Below are positions 28,404 through 38,133 of a DNA stretch of 64,000 nt, piece by piece. A program made the position numbers and the translations under genes. The stretch comes from Ahrensia sp. GTDB taxonomy: Bacteria; Pseudomonadota; Alphaproteobacteria; Rhizobiales; Rhizobiaceae. Within the stretch, counting starts at the first letter, position 1. Each line of letters begins with the position of its first letter. Location: positions 98,652 to 162,651 of the forward strand of contig JAPPOQ010000005.1 of assembly GCA_028817895.1 (NCBI GenBank), read 5' to 3'. The notes below the pieces were generated by a model, which saw nothing but the letters and a program-made list of their open reading frames with translations, had not been told where the DNA came from and searched no databases.

Positions 28404-29189
28404 TTACTTCGGTGCCATGCGGATCGCACCATCAAGGCGAATGCACTCGGCGTTCAGCATGCCGTTTTCGCAGATGTGCTGAACCATAAAGGCATATTCG
28501 TCCGGATGCCCCAGACGCGAAGGAAACGGTACGGAGGCTGAGAGCGATTTTACGGCCTCCTCCGGCAGACCTTCAAAAAGAGGCGTTTTGAACAGACCCG
28601 GCAGAATTGAACACACGCGCACGCCATCCCGCGCGAGATCGCGAGCGATGGGAAGCGTCATGCCCTTGATACCGCCCTTGGAAGCCGAATAAGCGGCTTG
28701 TCCAATCTGCCCGTCTTCCGCCGCGACGGATGCGGTGTTCACAATCACCCCCCGCTCGCCGTCTTCAGTCACCGGATCAAGATCAACCATGCCGGCGGCG
28801 GCATGCGCTATGCAGTTGAAGGAGCCGATGAGATTGATTTGAATGGTCTTTGCGAAGGCTGCGAGATCATGCATGCGAACATCGCCAGTGTTTCGGTCAC
28901 GTGACACGGTTTTCATGGCGATGCCGATTCCCGCACAATTGACCAGAATGCGCGCCACACCGTTTTGTGCGCCGGCCTCTGCGAAGCCGCTGGCTACGCT
29001 TTCGACATCGGTCACGTCTACGGCATGGAACGTCCCACCAATATCCGCTGCTACGGATGTGCCTCGGTCAGCATTTCGGTCAAACAGGGCCACCTTGACG
29101 CCGAGACCGGCAAGTCGACGTGCCGTCGCCTCTCCAAGGCCGGATGCACCACCGGTGATGATGGCTGAAATATCGTTTGAAAGCTGCAT
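28404..29189 (-). CDS. short-chain dehydrogenase, 3-hydroxyacyl-CoA dehydrogenase type-2-like
   Basis: Cofactor motif TGGASGLG and catalytic YSASKGG. Start placed at MQLSNDISAIITGG. Confidence 0.8.
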   Translation of the reverse strand: MQLSNDISAIITGGASGLGEATARRLAGLGVKVALFDRNADRGTSVAADIGGTFHAVDVTDVESVASGFAEAGAQNGVARILVNCAGIGIAMKTVSRDRNTGDVRMHDLAAFAKTIQINLIGSFNCIAHAAAGMVDLDPVTEDGERGVIVNTASVAAEDGQIGQAAYSASKGGIKGMTLPIARDLARDGVRVCSILPGLFKTPLFEGLPEEAVKSLSASVPFPSRLGHPDEYAFMVQHICENGMLNAECIRLDGAIRMAPK

Positions 29190-29305
29190 GGTGAGAACTC
29201 TGGATGCGATTGGACGTTTCGCGTCAGTAAACCGCGCCAAACTTGCAGGCAACAGCCTCCCGCACCATATCAGTTGAAGGGAGTAAGGCTGTGAAAGGGG
29301 TTGAA

Positions 29306-29728
29306 ATGGATCGAGCAGACATCGACAGGGTCATCACCCCGCTTGAAGGCGAAAAAGCGCACGCTCAGGAGAAACGGGTACGTGAAGAATTCTGGCCCAA
29401 GTTCCAGCGTTTTGCATCGCGGCTGCCCTTTGCCGAAGACGTTGCTGCGGCGTGGTTTTGCGCAATTGACCGCGACACGCCGTTGCGGGCCCGTGGAGCG
29501 CTCCTTGCAGCGCTTGCCTATTTTATCATGCCGCTCGATTTTGTGCCCGATTTGCTGGCCTTTGTTGGCATGGGCGACGATATTGCCGTGCTCACCGTCG
29601 CGATCACCACTTTGAAGGCGCACATTACAGACAAGCATCGCGAGCAGGCCCGCGAAGCCGTTGCTCAGGCTGGCCAAGCTGGGCCAATATCGGGCGAGCC
29701 GATCAAGGGCGATCCAACAATGCGTTGA
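29306..29728 (+). CDS. YkvA-family membrane protein (DUF1232)
   Basis: The segment YFIMPLDFVPDLLAFVGMGDDIAVL is characteristic of DUF1232. Confidence 0.7.
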   Translation: MDRADIDRVITPLEGEKAHAQEKRVREEFWPKFQRFASRLPFAEDVAAAWFCAIDRDTPLRARGALLAALAYFIMPLDFVPDLLAFVGMGDDIAVLTVAITTLKAHITDKHREQAREAVAQAGQAGPISGEPIKGDPTMR

Positions 29729-29773
29729 CGCCTCCTCGCGTAACAATTCGACATCAACTCACTCGGACAGACC

Positions 29774-30379
29774 ATGATTTCTTTCCCACGCGCGCCCTTG
29801 GGCGCGATCCTCGCCGCCGTCCTTTTGACAATTTCAATGCCCTTCGCTGCATGGTCATCGGACGGTGACCATTCCGGCCACAACCATGATGCCGCCACGG
29901 TTCAGCATGGCGACATCATCATCAAAGGCGCCTGGACACGCCAGACACCTCCGGGTGCCAAGGTTGGCGGTGGCTATCTCACCATCACCAATGAGGGTCA
30001 AACGGCGGATCGCTTGACGGGTGGCGCCGCTGCCTTCGCGGCTTCGGTCGAGATCCATGAAATGTCGGTCAACGATGGTGTTATGAAAATGGCGGAACTG
30101 GCCGACGGGCTTGAAATTGAGCCGGGTCAAACCGTTGTGCTGAAGCCCGGTGGGTTCCACATTATGTTCATGGGGTTGTCGGAGATACCCATGGAAGGAG
30201 ACACGGTCAATGTGACGCTCACATTCGCCAATGCGGGTGAGGTTTCCCTGAACATGCCGGTTGCTGCGATTGGTGCGACATCGCTCGATGGGAAAGCGAA
30301 TGCGCATGGGGGACACAACCATTCCCATGGCGACCACACCCACGATCATGACCATGATCACGGGACGGAATCCAACTAA
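29774..30379 (+). CDS. periplasmic copper chaperone PCu(A)C (DUF461) with His-rich N- and C-terminal extensions
   Basis: Signal peptide, then the core YLTITNEG...EIHEM...MKM...GGFHIMFMGL. The tail is HGGHNHSHGDHTHDHDHDHG. Confidence 0.8.
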   Translation: MISFPRAPLGAILAAVLLTISMPFAAWSSDGDHSGHNHDAATVQHGDIIIKGAWTRQTPPGAKVGGGYLTITNEGQTADRLTGGAAAFAASVEIHEMSVNDGVMKMAELADGLEIEPGQTVVLKPGGFHIMFMGLSEIPMEGDTVNVTLTFANAGEVSLNMPVAAIGATSLDGKANAHGGHNHSHGDHTHDHDHDHGTESN

Positions 30380-30403
30380 GAGACTTCGCGAATCGTCGCG
30401 GCG

Positions 30404-31420
30404 CTATTTCTTGGGCGCCGCGACACGGTAGCTGAGTGGAAACAACTCAACGCCCCATCTGGCGCGCACCAACCCCCAGAGCCCATTCGGCGCCTTCAGC
30501 ATTACGATGATAGCCACAACGCCCAGAATGATAAGATAGGTCGTGCCGAGATCGGCCAGCGTTTCACGCAGGGCGAAATAAATGAGCGTGCCGATAATGG
30601 GCCCCTCAATCGTACCGATCCCCCCAATAACAACAATGAAGATCACGAAAGCGGTCCAGTCATTGACGGAGAAGGCGGCATCCGGCGTGATGCGCAGCTT
30701 TTGCAAGAAAATCAGTGCACCGGTGCATGCGGCTAATGCTCCGGTCACCACATAAACGATGAACTGGCTGCGCCAGATATCGATACCAAGCGATCCGGCC
30801 GCCAGTTCATTGTCTCGAATGGCGGTGAGCGCCAGTCCGCGTCGCGAACGCAAAAACAGATAGACTATGGCGAGAACAGCGACGACCAATCCCAACGCCA
30901 TCCAATAGGTTGTCCATTCGCGCATGGTCCGCCCCGAGGCGATTGACCTGACTACCTGTACCGGGAGCGATGTTCCCGACCCGCCACCCAGCGCTTGAAC
31001 TTGCGCGAAGCCGAGGCGAAACACTTCCGCGATCACCCAGGTGCCGATGGCGAAATAGGCGCCGCGTAGGCGGAAAATCAAAAGCGCGACCGGCACTGAA
31101 ATTGCCGCGCCGAGAATTGCGGCAAGCCCGATGGCGAGTATGGGATGGATGTCCAGAAAAATCGTAAGCGCGAACAGAACATAGCCACCAAAGCCGACAT
31201 AGGCCTGCTGTCCAACCGAGACGAGACCCGCATATCCGGCCAGCAGGTTCCACAGGCTCGCCAGAGCGAGATAAAGAAACAATTCGCTCATCAACCGCAT
31301 GTCCGCGCGACCCGCCCAGAGCGGCGCGGTTGCGAGGATCGCCAGCACAATGAGACCAAAAATGGCGGCAGCACGAGAGGCGGGTGAGGAGCGATGGACG
31401 GTGTGGGAAGGTCTGCTCAT
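30404..31420 (-). CDS. HAAT-family (branched-chain amino acid type) ABC transporter permease, LivM-like
   Basis: 338-aa polytopic protein downstream of the LivH-like permease in an SBP-ATPase-ATPase-permease-permease array. Confidence 0.85.
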   Translation of the reverse strand: MSRPSHTVHRSSPASRAAAIFGLIVLAILATAPLWAGRADMRLMSELFLYLALASLWNLLAGYAGLVSVGQQAYVGFGGYVLFALTIFLDIHPILAIGLAAILGAAISVPVALLIFRLRGAYFAIGTWVIAEVFRLGFAQVQALGGGSGTSLPVQVVRSIASGRTMREWTTYWMALGLVVAVLAIVYLFLRSRRGLALTAIRDNELAAGSLGIDIWRSQFIVYVVTGALAACTGALIFLQKLRITPDAAFSVNDWTAFVIFIVVIGGIGTIEGPIIGTLIYFALRETLADLGTTYLIILGVVAIIVMLKAPNGLWGLVRARWGVELFPLSYRVAAPKK

Positions 31421-31424
31421 AGCA

Positions 31425-32288
31425 TCAATCCGTCATGCGTGGGAACAGGCCACGCGGCTTGATTGCGAGGATCAGCAGAAAGACGACATGACCGGCAAGC
31501 ACCTGCCAGCCGGGATTGATCTGTCCGCCAATGCTCTGCGCCACGCCCAGGATAACGCCGCCAACCAGAGTGCCCCACAAATTGCCAAGCCCGCCAATGA
31601 TGACTGCCTCGAAGCCGAAGATCAGTCGTCCGCCCCCGACGGACGGGTCGAAGCTCGTGCGCATGCCAAGAAAGATCCCGGCCACAGCCACCACCGCCAG
31701 TGATAGCGCCATAGCGAGGCCAAAGACGTGACGTCGGTTCAACCCCATCAATTGCGCAATGTCCTGATTGTCCGACACGGCTCGGAACGCACGACCAAGC
31801 GCGGTCCGGTAGAAGATGAACTGCAATCCAGCAATCACTGCGACGGCAACGGCGAACATAAGAAGTGGCAGGATGCCAATTGAGATACCGCCCATGGTCA
31901 TGCTGGCCGTGTCCAGCACTCCGGAATCAAGCTTTTGCGGATCTGCCGAATAGGCCTCAAGAAGCGCGTTCTGGATGATCACTGACAGGCCGAATGTGAC
32001 GAGAAGCGGCGGCAGAATGTCTCCGGTCAATGTCCCGTTCAAAATACCGCGTTGCAGCACATAGCCAAACAGCGCCATCATAGGAACAACCAGCAACAGC
32101 ACAAGGAGAGGATGCAGGCCAAGCAGCATTGAAGCGGTGAGTGCCAGATAGGCGGCGAGAATAATCAGGTCGCCATGGGCGATGTTCACCAGCCGCATGA
32201 CGCCGAAAATTAGCGACAACCCGGCAGCGATCATCGCGTATAGTCCGCCGAGCAAAATGCCCTGAATGATGGCGTTCATCCAATCCAT
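31425..32288 (-). CDS. HAAT-family ABC transporter permease, LivH-like
   Basis: 287-aa polytopic protein with an N-terminal IIQGILLGGLYAMIAAGLSLIFGVMRLVNIAHGD signature. Confidence 0.87.
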   Translation of the reverse strand: MDWMNAIIQGILLGGLYAMIAAGLSLIFGVMRLVNIAHGDLIILAAYLALTASMLLGLHPLLVLLLVVPMMALFGYVLQRGILNGTLTGDILPPLLVTFGLSVIIQNALLEAYSADPQKLDSGVLDTASMTMGGISIGILPLLMFAVAVAVIAGLQFIFYRTALGRAFRAVSDNQDIAQLMGLNRRHVFGLAMALSLAVVAVAGIFLGMRTSFDPSVGGGRLIFGFEAVIIGGLGNLWGTLVGGVILGVAQSIGGQINPGWQVLAGHVVFLLILAIKPRGLFPRMTD

Positions 32289-32320
32289 CTCAGCCTGCTC
32301 TTCTCGTGTCGGTCATGGTT

Positions 32321-33019
32321 TCACACTCCGAAATAGGCACGCGAAATCTCCTCCCGGCTGCGTTCGCCGGGCTTTCCGTCAAGCGAAACACGCCCTTCCT
32401 GAAGGCAGTAGAACCGGCTGGAAACGGACAAAGCTTTGGTGATGTCCTGCTCGACAATCACGGCACTCATGCCATTGGAAATGATATCGGGCAGCGCCTC
32501 ATAGATCGATTTGATGATGACCGGTGCGAGACCAAGGCTCAACTCATCGATCAACAGTAGGTCGGGATTGGACATGAGCGCGCGACCAATTGCGACCATC
32601 TGTTGTTGCCCACCCGAAAGGGAGGTTGAGGCCTGGTTGCGCCGCTCATGCAGAATGGGAAACAATTCATAGATGCGCGCCAGCGTCCATGCACCTTCTC
32701 GTCCCACCTGCGTACCGATGAGCAGGTTTTCCTCGACCGAAAGCGATGGAAAGAGCTGCCGTCCTTCCGGCACGAGAGCGATACCGCGTTTGGAGACTTC
32801 GTCCGCCCGCAGACCGCCGATGGACTCTCCCTTGAAAACGATCTGTTCCGGCGCGTTTCGCATCAAGCCGCTGAGCGATCGCATGAGTGTGGATTTGCCA
32901 GCTCCGTTGGAACCGATGATGGCGACCACCTCTCCTGCGGCAATCGACAGATCGATACCGTACAGCGCCTGGAAATCTCCGTAGTGAGCATCGAGCGCCT
33001 TGATCATGAGATCAGCCAT
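32321..33019 (-). CDS. HAAT-family ABC transporter ATP-binding protein, LivF-like
   Basis: Walker A GSNGAGKST and signature LSGGQQQM. The start at 33019 overlaps the upstream ATPase by 8 nt. Confidence 0.88.
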   Translation of the reverse strand: MADLMIKALDAHYGDFQALYGIDLSIAAGEVVAIIGSNGAGKSTLMRSLSGLMRNAPEQIVFKGESIGGLRADEVSKRGIALVPEGRQLFPSLSVEENLLIGTQVGREGAWTLARIYELFPILHERRNQASTSLSGGQQQMVAIGRALMSNPDLLLIDELSLGLAPVIIKSIYEALPDIISNGMSAVIVEQDITKALSVSSRFYCLQEGRVSLDGKPGERSREEISRAYFGV

Positions 33020-33752
33020 GGCCGACCTCATCCATTTCGATCCCAAGATAGATTTCCTGAACTTCGCGACTGGCCATGATTGCCTTGGGCTCGCCGCTTG
33101 CAATCAGCTTTCCAAAGTCCACCACGGCAAGACGATCAACGATCGCGAGTAGCGCATGCACAACATGTTCGATCCACACAATCGTGATCCCGCTTTTGTG
33201 AATGTCCCGGATCGTGTCGACCAGCGAGACGCATTCGGCTTCGGTCAGGCCGCCCGCGATTTCATCGAGCAGCAGAAGTTTTGGCTTGGCGCAGAGGGCG
33301 CGTGTCAGTTCAAGACGCTTGCGATCAAGCAAGGTGAGTGACCCGGCAACCGTGTTGGCTTTATCGAGAAGTTCGGTCCGCTCAAGAATATCCAGACAAT
33401 GGTCCGACGCTGCCTGACCACTCATGCCCGCGCCCTGCGTTGCCGCGACAAGTGCATTTTCAAAAACCGTCAAGCCGCCAAAGGGCTGCGGCACCTGAAA
33501 GGATCGTGCCATGCCCATCCGGCAACGCTGCGCTGCGCTGCTGCCGGTTACATCATCGCCCATAAACCGGATCGTTCCACTATTCGGTGCAAGCGTGCCG
33601 GTGATCAAATTGAACATGGAGGTCTTGCCGGCCCCGTTCGGCCCGATAATGCCCAAGGCCTCGCCCTGTTCGACAACAAGGGTCGTGTCGTCAGCGATGA
33701 CGACCGCGCCGAACGACTTTGACAGATTCTGCAACTCAAGAATGGCGGTCAT
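33012..33752 (-). CDS. HAAT-family ABC transporter ATP-binding protein, LivG-like
   Basis: Walker A GPNGAGKTS and Walker B LLLLDE. Start placed at MTAILELQNLSKSFG. Confidence 0.88.
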   Translation of the reverse strand: MTAILELQNLSKSFGAVVIADDTTLVVEQGEALGIIGPNGAGKTSMFNLITGTLAPNSGTIRFMGDDVTGSSAAQRCRMGMARSFQVPQPFGGLTVFENALVAATQGAGMSGQAASDHCLDILERTELLDKANTVAGSLTLLDRKRLELTRALCAKPKLLLLDEIAGGLTEAECVSLVDTIRDIHKSGITIVWIEHVVHALLAIVDRLAVVDFGKLIASGEPKAIMASREVQEIYLGIEMDEVGHG

Positions 33753-33810
33753 GACGGACCTGAATGGCATCACCCCGCACGAGCATCGTCACGCGGGGTG
33801 ATTGTCGCGA

Positions 33811-35091
33811 TCAGGCGAGCAGCTTCAACTCGCCGGTTGTCGGAATCGCCGGAGCGTTGCCATTGGCGACGATCTTCAGATCAACGGCGTCGCCATCCCG
33901 CTGCCACTGCCCCGAGACAAGTGGTGTCTTGGAGACATTCTTCACCGGACCACTTGACCAATCGACGGCACCGACCATCGTGTCCAGCTTGGTTGCGGCG
34001 ACCGCAGCCGTGATCGCTTCCGGGCTGTCGAGATCGTCGGACCGCGTGATGACATCGGCCACAACTTCAAACAGAGCGTGGCGGAAGCCGATTGGCTGTG
34101 TCCATGGCCGGCCCGTCGCTGCCGTATAGCCGTCCGCCAGATCCTTCGCCGAAGTTCCGGTGAGCGATGAAGAGAAGGGGTGATTGGGTGACCACCAAAC
34201 TTCAGAGGAGAGGCCATCGCCGCGCTCGCCGAGCGATTCGATGACGGACGGGAAGAGCAAGGCCTTGCCGACCGTCACGATTTTCGGAGTAAAACCCTGC
34301 TGCGCGGCCTGCGACCAGAAGGTTGCGAAGTCCGGCGGGATCATCACACCTGTCACGATCTCGCAACCGGCATTCTTGAACGCCTGAATCTGGTTGGAGA
34401 AGTCGTCCGACAGGGGCTGATAGCGACCTGGATCGGTGAGTTCGTATCCCGCCGCGGCAAAGGGCTTGGGTAGACCGAGTTCAGGGTCACCCCAGGCATT
34501 CCCGTCAGCATCATTGGGGAACAACCCGCCGACCTTCTTAGCGACATCCGTCTTGCCCCACATGTCCAGAAACGCGCCGATCACATCTTCCAGACCCCAG
34601 AAGAAGTGGTAGGTGGATTCAAAACCGGTTACCGGGTCGCCCTGACGACCGAAGAAATAGGGCTGCCATGGGCAGTCCGTGGTGATGCAGGGTGTGCCGT
34701 TGACTTCCGCCTGATCCGCCACCGGATTGGTCGTGTCTGGCGTTGCGGCACCGGTGATGATGTCGACCTCATCACTCAGCAACAATTCGGAGGCAACTTC
34801 TGCCGCGCGGTTGGGGTTGGACTGACTGTCTTTGACGATGATCTCAACATCATAGGTCTTGCCATTGTTGGTGAGGCCGCCCGCAAGCTTCTCACGAATA
34901 CCAGCCAGAATATAATCATCGGCTTCCGCAAAGCCGGCCAGAGGACCAGTCTTCGGGCTCACATAGCCAACCTTGATCACCGGATTGGCCGCATAGGCCC
35001 GCGTATGGCGCAAAATGGCTGGAGCCGTTACCGCTCCCGCGCTCAATGTCAGAAAGTGGCGGCGACTCGGTGTCGTGAGAATGCGTTTCAT
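33811..35091 (-). CDS. periplasmic substrate-binding protein (LivK-like type I fold) with a twin-arginine signal
   Basis: The N-terminus is MKRILTTPSRRHFLTLSAGAVTAPA...AYA; about 426 aa; first gene of the ABC array. Confidence 0.82.
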   Translation of the reverse strand: MKRILTTPSRRHFLTLSAGAVTAPAILRHTRAYAANPVIKVGYVSPKTGPLAGFAEADDYILAGIREKLAGGLTNNGKTYDVEIIVKDSQSNPNRAAEVASELLLSDEVDIITGAATPDTTNPVADQAEVNGTPCITTDCPWQPYFFGRQGDPVTGFESTYHFFWGLEDVIGAFLDMWGKTDVAKKVGGLFPNDADGNAWGDPELGLPKPFAAAGYELTDPGRYQPLSDDFSNQIQAFKNAGCEIVTGVMIPPDFATFWSQAAQQGFTPKIVTVGKALLFPSVIESLGERGDGLSSEVWWSPNHPFSSSLTGTSAKDLADGYTAATGRPWTQPIGFRHALFEVVADVITRSDDLDSPEAITAAVAATKLDTMVGAVDWSSGPVKNVSKTPLVSGQWQRDGDAVDLKIVANGNAPAIPTTGELKLLA

Positions 35092-35171
35092 GGTTGTCCT
35101 CCCAATAGTGGCGTCCTGCACAGATGCGATGTGCCGGCCGCAAAGTGCCAGTTTAATCCGGCGTCCTCCCT

Positions 35172-35214
35172 CAAAACTCAAAAGCGATGCAACAGCAGAT
35201 CGCCTTATGTTGCA
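35172..35214 (-). terminator. intrinsic terminator after the SDR-cupin-cyclase unit
   Basis: On the minus strand, TGCAACA-13 nt-TGTTGCA is followed by TCGCTTTTGAGTTTTG. It begins 6 nt after the SDR stop. Confidence 0.5.
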
Positions 35215-35219
35215 AGCGC

Positions 35220-36032
35220 CTATCCCGCCGTGTAGCCGCCATCGGCATAAAGAATGTGGCCCGTGTAAAAATCTGACGCTTTGGATGCAAGAAACAGGAG
35301 CGGACCGGCAAGGTCTTCCGGTTCACCCAGACGTCCCTTGGGAACACGCGACAGGAAACCGGCGCGCACAGCCTTGGCGTCGTCATTGTCTTCAAACATC
35401 CAGGCGGTCAGTGGCGAGCGAAACACGGTTGGGGCAATGGCGTTAACGGTGATTCCGGTCGGCCCCAATTCGCAGCCCAGCGCCTTGGTCATGCCATCGA
35501 CTGCGGCCTTGGAGGAGCAATAGGCAGTGTAGCCTGCCGGATGCCCCAGCAGCCCGCGCGCCGAAGAAACCAGAATGATCTTGCCGCCATCACTTTGCCC
35601 CGACCCGATCTGCGCCTTCATCTGTTTTGCTGCCGCCCGTGCGATCAACCAACTTTGCGTGACATTGGCATCCATCACATCGGCAAAGGTATGCGGTTCC
35701 ATCTCGTCGATCTTGGCGACCTTGTTCATGCCGGAAGCAACGACGAGAATGCCGATCTGCCCGAAGGCCTCGACGGCTTTTGCAACGAGCGATTCACAGA
35801 TGATCGCATCGCTCGGGCGCTCATTTATTGTGAGCACTTCGGCACCCATGCTCTCGCATTCGCTGCCAATCTCGGTGAGTGCATCTGCGTTACCTGCGGT
35901 GAGAACAAGTTTGCAGCCAGCCCCCGCCAGCACACGTGCGGCCACCATGCCGAAGGCGCCCGACGCTCCTGTGACAAGGGCGACTTTTCCGGTGACGTCA
36001 AACAGCGACATTGGGTCTTTAGGCAGGCTCAC
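35220..36032 (-). CDS. short-chain dehydrogenase/reductase
   Basis: Motifs TGASGAFG and YCSSKAA; 270 aa. Confidence 0.85.
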   Translation of the reverse strand: MSLPKDPMSLFDVTGKVALVTGASGAFGMVAARVLAGAGCKLVLTAGNADALTEIGSECESMGAEVLTINERPSDAIICESLVAKAVEAFGQIGILVVASGMNKVAKIDEMEPHTFADVMDANVTQSWLIARAAAKQMKAQIGSGQSDGGKIILVSSARGLLGHPAGYTAYCSSKAAVDGMTKALGCELGPTGITVNAIAPTVFRSPLTAWMFEDNDDAKAVRAGFLSRVPKGRLGEPEDLAGPLLFLASKASDFYTGHILYADGGYTAG

Positions 36033-36047
36033 GGGGTGCTTCTCTTT

Positions 36048-36398
36048 CTATCTGGCGGCATTTGGCGGATATGGCATCACCACCAGCATCTTGCAGATAT
36101 GGTTGGACCGGTTTTCGATCTGGCGCACCTCGTCAGGTGCGATCGTGCAGGAATCGAGTGGGCCAAGCACCGTATCCTCACCATCGATCGTGATTGTCAT
36201 CTCACCTTCAAGGACGACATAGACTTTCTCAAAAGGCGTTGAATCGGGACCGGCGCCTCCGCCGGGCAGGAACTGGCTCAAGCCGATCCATTGATTGGCT
36301 GGACCGCCCTCTTCAAACCCCTGAAGCCGAAGACCGGTCACACCCCAATGATTGAGTGCTTCATAGGGCTGTGCATCGCCAAAGCGTTTGACCAGCAT
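36048..36398 (-). CDS. small cupin-domain protein
   Basis: 116 aa with the cupin_2-like core FEKVYVVLEGEMTITIDGEDTVLGPLDSCTIAPDEVRQIEN. Confidence 0.7.
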   Translation of the reverse strand: MLVKRFGDAQPYEALNHWGVTGLRLQGFEEGGPANQWIGLSQFLPGGGAGPDSTPFEKVYVVLEGEMTITIDGEDTVLGPLDSCTIAPDEVRQIENRSNHICKMLVVMPYPPNAAR

Positions 36399-36401
36399 GG
36401 A

Positions 36402-37241
36402 TCAAAAATCCTCACCCGGCTCGATGCGGTAGCTTTGCCCTTTGTCCATCATGGCGACGAGGCGGATGATGCAGCCATCGCCGCGGTCCCAGTTCCAGGG
36501 GAAGAAGGCAAAGGTGCAGCGCTTCCCCGTCACCCGGTCGAGATTGCCGCCGACATTTTCAATGCCCAATATGCCGTTTGAAAAAAGCGTGTTGTGGACC
36601 GGTTCCCATTCCGGGAAGTGCTCCTTCCAGTCCACACCACCTGACCACTCCAGATATTCCTGCTCCAGATGCGGCAAGATAGGGCCGTTACGCTGCGGCC
36701 CAATCGCCGTTGCCAGTGGGTGATCATTGGCTTGGGTGTCGTGTCCCACGACCTTGACGCCTTTCTCCACCATCCAGTCTGCGGCAGACGGGACGAGACC
36801 GGGGCAATAGGCAAAATAGTCGCCATCCTCATAGCGCTTGTGCCAGCCCGTATTGATAATCAGCACATCATTTTTGCGAATGGCGTGACCGCAGGCCTTT
36901 TCGAGATCATCCGCCGTGATCTGCTCCCATTTTTCTTTCGGAACCGAAACGACGATGCCGGACCCGAAGAAATGCGGTAGCGGTACCTCATCGATGAACG
37001 GTGTGCCCTGCACCACATGGGCGGGCGCGTCGATATGGGTGGTGACATGCATGGTTGTCGTGATCGTTTGCGACAACACACCGGATTTCGCCATGTAGTG
37101 TTTGCGCTCGATATGGACATCGTCGAAATACGGCCAGTTCGGGCACTGAAATCCGTATCGATGGGACAGGTCCACGAATTCCAGCCCCATATCGTTGTTG
37201 TCGTTTTCCTGAAACTCGATCCCGCGAATCGTGATGGCCAT
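36402..37241 (-). CDS. cyclase-family metal hydrolase (kynurenine formamidase / isatin hydrolase-like fold)
   Basis: Signature HVTTHIDAPAH. The start at 37241 has GAGGAGG 8 nt upstream; the listed ORF begins 19 codons earlier. Confidence 0.78.
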   Translation of the reverse strand: MAITIRGIEFQENDNNDMGLEFVDLSHRYGFQCPNWPYFDDVHIERKHYMAKSGVLSQTITTTMHVTTHIDAPAHVVQGTPFIDEVPLPHFFGSGIVVSVPKEKWEQITADDLEKACGHAIRKNDVLIINTGWHKRYEDGDYFAYCPGLVPSAADWMVEKGVKVVGHDTQANDHPLATAIGPQRNGPILPHLEQEYLEWSGGVDWKEHFPEWEPVHNTLFSNGILGIENVGGNLDRVTGKRCTFAFFPWNWDRGDGCIIRLVAMMDKGQSYRIEPGEDF

Positions 37242-37277
37242 GCGGCTGTCCTCCTCATTCCCCATCACGACGATAGG

Positions 37278-37331
37278 TTTGTATTGCATTGCAGTCAACG
37301 CGCGGATATTTGTATCGCATTGCGGTACAAA
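37278..37331. promoter_or_regulatory. candidate IclR operators in the divergent cyclase/iclR promoter region
   Basis: A 23-bp near-perfect palindrome TTTGTATCGCATTGCGGTACAAA lies at 37309-37331. A related copy TTTGTATTGCATTGCAG starts at 37278, 31 bp upstream. Confidence 0.6.
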
Positions 37332-37342
37332 TGGATTTCGGG

Positions 37343-38077
37343 ATGGAAGAACGTCGGACAGGCATTCAGGTGATTTCCCGCGCTGCTGACATTTTGCGCA
37401 CTTTACGGGATGAAAAGAACGGTCTTAGCCTTGGACAAATTGCAACTAAGGTCGATCTTCCGCGATCAACAGTACAGCGTATCGTGGGGGCGCTTGTTAA
37501 GGAAGAACTGGTAAGCATATCGGGGGGCCGCAACGGAATTCGTCTAGGACCGGAAATCCGAAGCATGGCTGATGCAGCATATGTGGATACGGTTGCACTT
37601 TGCCGACCGTATCTGGAACAACTCTCCGAGGAGACCGGAGAGACAATCGATTTGTCGCGTTATCATCGAAGCGCGATGATTTTTGTCGACCAGGTTCAAG
37701 GAAGGCATCGGTTGCGAGCGGTTTCTTCCGTTGGAGAGGTCTTTCCCCTCACGACAACGGCAAACGGGCTCGCCGCACTCTCCATCATGAGTGATCAGGA
37801 CGTGATTGAGGCAACGGAAGCCGAGTGCATCGTGCGCCGCATCGACACCAGCGCCCTTATCCAAAAGCTCAACGAGATACGCTCAATGGGTATGGCCTAT
37901 GACATTGACCGACATACGGTCGGTATCAGCGCAGTCGGCTTTGCATTTGTCGACCGCTTTAAGGTTATTCACGCCATTTCGGTGCCTATTCCCTCAAGTC
38001 GCTACGATGAGGCGCATCAGAAGGTGGAAGCAGCCTTGCTTTCCGTTCAGGATGCCATAGTGCAATTGCACGAATAA
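37343..38077 (+). CDS. IclR-family transcriptional regulator
   Basis: Winged HTH LSLGQIATKVDLPRSTVQRIVGALVKEELV plus a C-terminal IclR effector domain. The start is 37343 or 37331. Confidence 0.85.
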   Translation: MEERRTGIQVISRAADILRTLRDEKNGLSLGQIATKVDLPRSTVQRIVGALVKEELVSISGGRNGIRLGPEIRSMADAAYVDTVALCRPYLEQLSEETGETIDLSRYHRSAMIFVDQVQGRHRLRAVSSVGEVFPLTTTANGLAALSIMSDQDVIEATEAECIVRRIDTSALIQKLNEIRSMGMAYDIDRHTVGISAVGFAFVDRFKVIHAISVPIPSSRYDEAHQKVEAALLSVQDAIVQLHE

Positions 38078-38133
38078 TTGCGAGAATGGCATGCGTGCGG
38101 TCGCACTGGCTGCGTGCAAAAGCGGGGGAGAGC

